Source of the DNA: Candidatus Poribacteria bacterium
GTDB taxonomy: Bacteria; Poribacteria; WGA-4E; WGA-3G
NCBI GenBank assembly: GCA_963663765.2
Contig: CAXXUA010000003.1
Location: 288,001 to 352,000, forward strand
Length of the DNA: 64,000 nucleotides
Direction: 5' to 3'
The notes beneath the pieces are model-generated. The model saw only the letters and a program-made list of their open reading frames with translations, did not search any database and was not told where the DNA came from. This document shows positions 58,465 through 64,000 of this stretch, in pieces. Each line of letters starts with the position of its first letter. The first letter of the stretch is position 1. Position numbers and translations under genes: made by a program.

Positions 58465-60456
58465 TTATGCAACATTCCCTCTCTGAATTTGATCAACCAA
58501 TTTTTGTGTCTCTATGACAGCTCTTGGTGGATTTGTCAATTTACTACCGATTGACAAAATACGTATATAATAATCATACGCTGTTTGAAGGTCACCTTTT
58601 AGATGTGCACTTTCAGCCTCATTGAAATAGCAGACTGTAGCAGAAGATTCGCACTTTTCAACTTCCAGAATCAATTGAGCAAATCGATAATTGTCTGCAG
58701 CAAGGATGTAGGATTTACCTGCGTCTTCCCAGGCGCGCTGCAATTCTAATTGCCGCGCAAGATGAACATAATACAAGGCACCATTTCTTGCGTTTTTTCT
58801 TGCAGTACGCACGTTCTTCGACGCAGCAAAAGCAAATCTCGCGCGCGTATAACAATTTGCTACAAGTTCCACCTCATCCATTCTAATGAACTTCTTAGCG
58901 TGTCTATGGTAAAAAGCACCGAGTCTCTTATATTGACTACGACATCGCCGCATATCTTCTTGCTGTGTGAATATTTGAGCTTGTTGATAGATATACGCTG
59001 CCTCTTCTTCATGTGGATATTGAATATCTTCATGAACTTTATCCAACAGGAATTCAGGCGAGGCTTCTTCTAATAAGATACGATAAGTACTTGCTTGTTG
59101 TACTTGGCTTTGTAATAGAGGTGTTGTTCCAATCTGTTCAGGTGAAACATTCTGGTCATACTTTTCTTCTGATATGAAATCTTTTGCTGGTTCAAACTGT
59201 TCTTTAGTTGTCGTTAATTCCTCCAGAAGTAACGTTTTATCCACTTCTGATAACCTTTCAATCAAATCAACGATTTCCTGAACTGTCGGTGGATTTGAAT
59301 GCAGTACAACTAAACACATCTCCTTGAAAAGCGTATCCGCTTGTTGAACAAGTTCCACATCTTGAAAATAGAAGTTATGTGCGTTATGAAGTTCTTGAAG
59401 TGTGCCTTCTAAATCACCGTTACGTGCGAGTTCTATAGCTTCCGTGTAATGTTGTCTAAGCCTAATATTAAGTCTTTCACGATTCTCTTTTTCAGCTTTG
59501 CTCCGCATATCAAAGAAAAGAGATTGGTTGATCTGTTCGGCTATATCAAATTGTAACCGAAATGTTTTCCTGCAGCGTTCAAGTGCACTCGCTAACTCGG
59601 TTGCAGGTGAATTAGCACTCTCTGCTATCAAGACAGATGCTTGCTGTTCATACTGCCAACGTCGGATACGATCCAGTTCATTATACATTTCTTCAGCAGT
59701 TTGATAACGTTTTTCTACATCACGATGGAGGGCTTTCATAGCAAAATTTCGGAATTCTTCTGGACATCTATCAATGTTTTCAATTTCACCAGATGCCTTT
59801 TTTCTATCTATTTCATCAGCTTCACCCGAAAAGGGGAAATATTTTGTCATTGCCTCATAAAGAACCAAACCGGTAGCATACAAGTCTGCTCGATAATCGT
59901 AGGCTCCATAGTTTTGTTCTGGCGCCATATACTTACGAGTTCCTGTCATAGTAACAGCGAATTCTGTAGACTCACTAAAGATACGTGCGATGCTAAAGTC
60001 AGCAATTTTCGCCTCTTTTTTTGAATTGAGCAATATATTTTGGGGTTTGATATCACGGTGCAAAATATGGTGTGCATGAGCAGCTTTCAATCCGTTGCAT
60101 ATATCTATACCAATATTGAGAACATCATTTAGGTTTAAATCCTCTTGTTGCACAAGCTGATGTAAGTTATCTCCTTCAATATATTCCATAACTATCCAAG
60201 CAAGATATTGGTCTTGTCCTGGTTCAACGGTATGTATAGAAACGATGTTGGGATGTCCCCATATATTTGACATGGCTTTTAGCTCGGATTGTAAATAGCG
60301 CATTCTGTCAGCGGGGTAAGCATCCTTGGAGAGTGCTTTGAGCGCAACAATACGATTCGTCATCTCTTCGCGGGCACGAAAAACAGACGAAAAACTGCCT
60401 GAATTCAGGTATTCAAGCAGCCTATATTTACCTAATATCAATTCGTTAATTTTCAT
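58465..60456 (-). CDS. Hanks-type Ser/Thr protein kinase with C-terminal TPR/SNAP-like helices
   Basis: SGSFSSV, VALK, HPNIV, HRDIKPQN, ADFS, GT..YMAPE, DLYATG, RYQTA. Confidence 0.92.
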   Translation of the reverse strand: MKINELILGKYRLLEYLNSGSFSSVFRAREEMTNRIVALKALSKDAYPADRMRYLQSELKAMSNIWGHPNIVSIHTVEPGQDQYLAWIVMEYIEGDNLHQLVQQEDLNLNDVLNIGIDICNGLKAAHAHHILHRDIKPQNILLNSKKEAKIADFSIARIFSESTEFAVTMTGTRKYMAPEQNYGAYDYRADLYATGLVLYEAMTKYFPFSGEADEIDRKKASGEIENIDRCPEEFRNFAMKALHRDVEKRYQTAEEMYNELDRIRRWQYEQQASVLIAESANSPATELASALERCRKTFRLQFDIAEQINQSLFFDMRSKAEKENRERLNIRLRQHYTEAIELARNGDLEGTLQELHNAHNFYFQDVELVQQADTLFKEMCLVVLHSNPPTVQEIVDLIERLSEVDKTLLLEELTTTKEQFEPAKDFISEEKYDQNVSPEQIGTTPLLQSQVQQASTYRILLEEASPEFLLDKVHEDIQYPHEEEAAYIYQQAQIFTQQEDMRRCRSQYKRLGAFYHRHAKKFIRMDEVELVANCYTRARFAFAASKNVRTARKNARNGALYYVHLARQLELQRAWEDAGKSYILAADNYRFAQLILEVEKCESSATVCYFNEAESAHLKGDLQTAYDYYIRILSIGSKLTNPPRAVIETQKLVDQIQRGNVA

Positions 60457-60775
60457 AGTAGTATCGCGCTAAATAGCACCTTCAGTATAAAAATATTCCA
60501 ATGTTACACTGTAATGTCTCTTTAAAGAAATTAGCAAAAATGACTTAAACTGTCAACAATTAAAAGGGGTGATAACCACATTTCTTATTAGAATTGGCAA
60601 ATTATAAAACAGAAATTGTATTACATAAGTACAATATCGGGATTTATGCTTAATCTTCAGCTGAGATGCACGTATTTACATCGGAATAAACTCTGTGAAA
60701 TTTACGTATTTGATTAGAATTAATTTTCAGACGATATTAGGGTAATATTGTTTACTCTTTATCAAAAAATTATGA

Positions 60776-61417
60776 TTATCTAACAGATTTGACAACGTCT
60801 ACCAAACTTTTCGCTCTTTTTGTCAGCATATCATAATCCCCAGATTCAATGAGATCACTACTAACCAAGGCACTGCCGACACCAAGTGCAGATGCACCAG
60901 CAGTAAGGAACTCCGCTGCATTTTCAGCATTTATACCACCTGTAGGAATGAGCGGAATTTGAGGTAGGGGTGCTTTTATATCTTTGATGTAGGAGGGACC
61001 AACCCCACTGGAAGGAAACACCTTAACATAATCCGCACCTGTTTCCCAAGCATGTAATATTTCTGTTGGTGTGAACGCCCCAGGTATAACAACCTTGCCA
61101 TACCTATTACAAATTTCTATTATATCTGGCTTAGTAACAGGACAAACAACAAATTCTGCACCCGCGAGCATCGCAACGCGTGCTGTCTCTGAGTCCAGAA
61201 CGGACCCAACACCAATTAAGACCGAACTTCCTAAACGTTTTGACACATCACCAATGGTTTGTAACGCATCAGGGGTAGTCATCGTTATTTCAATAACATC
61301 AACACCGCCAGTTTGTATGGCAACTGCAGCTTCAATCAATTCCTTTGAACTGTTTGCTCGTATAATCGCGACAATACCGCATTCCTCAATACGTTGCATC
61401 TGATCTAATTTTGTCAT
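60776..61417 (-). CDS. eda: KHG/KDPG aldolase
   Basis: IVAIIR, IEITMT, IGVGSVL, PGAFTPTE, VKVFP, PTGG. Confidence 0.92.
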   Translation of the reverse strand: MTKLDQMQRIEECGIVAIIRANSSKELIEAAVAIQTGGVDVIEITMTTPDALQTIGDVSKRLGSSVLIGVGSVLDSETARVAMLAGAEFVVCPVTKPDIIEICNRYGKVVIPGAFTPTEILHAWETGADYVKVFPSSGVGPSYIKDIKAPLPQIPLIPTGGINAENAAEFLTAGASALGVGSALVSSDLIESGDYDMLTKRAKSLVDVVKSVR

Positions 61418-61500
61418 AGGCTGTCCCTTATTCTGGTTAGTTTTTACCTGATGATAATTCCATCACCACTTAGTTCGTTGACGTACTTATGTTGTTGTCA

Positions 61501-61629
61501 TAGGTATTCAATTGTCCGAAATGGACTATTTGTAGGAGGGGTTTGTAAACCCGAGTTCAGAGAATTAGCAAAACAGATCGGAGTTACAAACCCCTCCTAC
61601 AAAGATGTATAATTACAATTGAATGCTTA
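61501..61629. mobile_element. MITE, TIR TAGGTATTCAATTG...CAATTGAATGCTTA, with REP doublet
   Basis: Homologous to 3366-3487. Confidence 0.75.
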
Positions 61630-61789
61630 TGTGTTGTTGGCACTTTTTTGTTGCGTTAAATACTTTAACAAGTTATAATTAGATTTATCGTTCATGTTGT
61701 AATTGAACACGTAATATCAAAAATACACAAAATTGAGGTTTACACCCCGGACGAACATCTCAAAATTTATCGTCCTATATTAAAAAAGA

Positions 61790-63136
61790 ATGGATGTTCC
61801 ACTACTACCTTATCTGATTGTATTGGTAGGTTTACTTTTCCTCTCCGGTTTTTTCTCCGGTTCTGAGACGGCATTGTGTGCACTCACTCGGGTGCAGATA
61901 GAAAAAATACGTCTCAAACGGGGAAGCACGTCGGCAATTGTCAATTTTGTAGACAATCCCCGCCGATTATTTATTACCGTCCTGCTTGGTAACAATTTGG
62001 TTAATGTCACTTTTGCGATACTGATGCTACAACTTGTATCGCAAAGGCTTGAGCAATTTGCTGAACCTATTCAGTTTGTGATTGCTACGGCATTAAGTGT
62101 AATTCTCATGCTTATCTTCGGTGAGATGACACCGAAAACTTTTGCTATTAAGTATGCAGAGTCCTTTGCGAAAATTACATCCCCACCGTTATGGGCATTT
62201 TCCATCTTCATTACCCCGCTACGTGCACTTCTACGCAGAATCATTGATAAGCTTGTACCATTATTTGGCGGACAATCAACGTCTACGGAACAAATCACAA
62301 CAACAGATTTACAGGAATTCTTCAAAACCTTCCCCAAAGAAGTACTGCCTGCAGATGAACGGGAAATCGTAAGTAATATTCTTCAATTGCGAGATATTGA
62401 AGCAAAAGAAATTATGGTACCCAGAACCGAAGTTGTCGCAGTGCCTACTTCAAACACTATCCAAGAAACGGTGAAGCAAGCAAAAGAATCTGGATTTTCA
62501 CGGATACCTGTATTCCGTGACCAGATTGATGAAATTTGCGGTATCTTTTATGTCAAGGATTTTGCACATTGGCGTCATACCGAGATCAATACACTTACAA
62601 TAGACGAATTTCTCAAAAAGCGGGATCAAATCAATCAAGTTTCCGTAGACGCTCCGTTGATACGAGAACCTATTTCGGTTCTTGAAACACGTAAAATCGG
62701 AGTCTTGTTGCTTCAACTCAAACGTGAAAAAACAAAAATCGCAGTGCTTCGAGATGAATACGGGGGCACTTCCGGCATTGTCACCACTGAAGACATCATT
62801 GAACAAGTCGTCGGTGACATTGCAGACGAACATGATAGAAATGATACCCAACCTGAATTTATCAAACACTCTGAAAACCCGTTAGTGCTTGAAACAACAG
62901 GACGTATGAGCATTCGAGAACTGAACCAACAATTTGAACTCAAACTCCAAGAAGATGATGTTGATACTATCGGTGGTTACGCCTTCGGACTTTTCGGACG
63001 AATCCCCTCTGTTGGTGAATCACAAGTTGACGACAACGGCATAGAATTTGAAATTACCGCCACAGAAGGTAACATCATCACAAAATTGTTCCTACGAATC
63101 CCAACATCCGAAACACCTGAAATGGAGATAAAATAA
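61790..63136 (+). CDS. Hemolysin-family/CNNM protein (DUF21-CBS-CorC)
   Basis: FFSGSETAL, LLGNNLVN, FGEMTPK, IMVPR, FSRIPV, DEYGG..G.VT.EDIIE, DTIGG. Confidence 0.93.
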   Translation: MDVPLLPYLIVLVGLLFLSGFFSGSETALCALTRVQIEKIRLKRGSTSAIVNFVDNPRRLFITVLLGNNLVNVTFAILMLQLVSQRLEQFAEPIQFVIATALSVILMLIFGEMTPKTFAIKYAESFAKITSPPLWAFSIFITPLRALLRRIIDKLVPLFGGQSTSTEQITTTDLQEFFKTFPKEVLPADEREIVSNILQLRDIEAKEIMVPRTEVVAVPTSNTIQETVKQAKESGFSRIPVFRDQIDEICGIFYVKDFAHWRHTEINTLTIDEFLKKRDQINQVSVDAPLIREPISVLETRKIGVLLLQLKREKTKIAVLRDEYGGTSGIVTTEDIIEQVVGDIADEHDRNDTQPEFIKHSENPLVLETTGRMSIRELNQQFELKLQEDDVDTIGGYAFGLFGRIPSVGESQVDDNGIEFEITATEGNIITKLFLRIPTSETPEMEIK

Positions 63137-63147
63137 GGATAACCGCA

Positions 63148-64000
63148 TTGAAACCTTTTGTATTATCCCTCATTTTAATCGGTGCCGGTAGTGCAGTCAA
63201 TATCGTAATATTGATCAGTTCACTGGTATTTGCGGTACTTGTTTGTCTTGTTTTATCTGCCTTTTATTCTGGTTCAGAAACAGCACTCGTATCTATAAAT
63301 AAAATTCGACTCAATCAGCTTGTTGAAACTGAGGACAAAAAGGCAAAGATAATTCACCGTATAGTTGAGTCCCCAGATAAGATGCTTGCATTGGCTTTAG
63401 TGGGAACAAATCTCGCTAATGTCCTGATTTCATTATTTGGAGACCGTTTGACTGCAAGTATACTACCTAATCTTTCAGAAAATCTACAAAGTTCAATATC
63501 AATTATATATATCACTGTTGTACTACTTATCTTCGGAGAAATCCTTCCAAAAACAATATTTCGGGTCAAAGCAGATATCCTGGCACACCGTTTCGCTTAT
63601 GCGTTACGGCTATCTGAATATGTCTTAGCTCCCCTTATTGTGTTCGTTCAAACAGTGACGAGATTTCTTCTCTGGATTTTTGATAGGGGTACAAGTCCAC
63701 CTAATCCGGATGCTAAACGTGAAGAACTAAGGTTACTCGCAACAATGGGTGAAAAATCAGGGAGCCTTCTCACAGAACAACGGCGAATGATTCACCGGTT
63801 ACTTAATTTTCAAGACCGTACTGTTCGTCAAGTCATGGTGCCACTTGTTGATATTGTTGCTATTGAAAAAACAATAACCTGTGAAGATTTCTTACAAATT
63901 GCCGCCGATTCCGGTTACTCCAGAATTCCTGTATACGACGAACGTATTTATAACATAGTTGGTATTGTTAACCTGTTAGATGTCATCTATTCAGAAAGTC
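63148..64000 (+). CDS. Second hemolysin-family/CNNM protein (partial, runs off the window)
   Basis: Manual translation from the TTG at 63148 gives LSAFYSGSETALVS, VGTNLAN, FGEILPK, VMVP and GYSRIPVY. Not in the ORF track because there is no stop in the window. Confidence 0.88.
   Translation, partial: MKPFVLSLILIGAGSAVNIVILISSLVFAVLVCLVLSAFYSGSETALVSINKIRLNQLVETEDKKAKIIHRIVESPDKMLALALVGTNLANVLISLFGDRLTASILPNLSENLQSSISIIYITVVLLIFGEILPKTIFRVKADILAHRFAYALRLSEYVLAPLIVFVQTVTRFLLWIFDRGTSPPNPDAKREELRLLATMGEKSGSLLTEQRRMIHRLLNFQDRTVRQVMVPLVDIVAIEKTITCEDFLQIAADSGYSRIPVYDERIYNIVGIVNLLDVIYSES

Overview
This is a low-GC (visually about 40%) bacterial chromosomal window. Gene content and repeat style suggest a sponge-symbiont lineage such as Candidatus Poribacteria, which is inference only. 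Recognisable housekeeping or metabolic genes are glnE, a ThDP decarboxylase, dtd, Mn-SOD, two Amt transporters behind a sigma-54 promoter, an SHMT-like enzyme, a TroA-like binding protein, radC, rlmB, iolC/iolD, eda and two CNNM/hemolysin-family genes. Mobile DNA is dense: an IS200/IS605 element inserted in a TonB-dependent receptor, an intact ISKra4-type element with a cognate MITE, a decayed IS701 shell, and at least six families of TIR-bounded MITEs carrying GTAG-type REP hairpins, some nested three deep. There is also a type II R-M pair, an Rpn nuclease and a broken Schlafen/AlbA_2 gene. Two signals stand out as unexplained. The first is a non-coding array of 9.25 x 126-bp imperfect-palindrome units (20071-21235) with attC-like geometry, lying inside IS701 ends. 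The second is an 11-kb co-oriented cluster (36760-47568) built from paralog pairs: two Rieske+helical proteins, two stand-alone PolX N-terminal HhH proteins and two MORN+Zn-ribbon proteins, plus ankyrin and WD40 proteins. The HhH pair brackets a DUF3419/BtaA-like SAM enzyme, a heme-oxygenase-like diiron oxidase and a GNAT. No tRNA, rRNA or CRISPR array was recognised.
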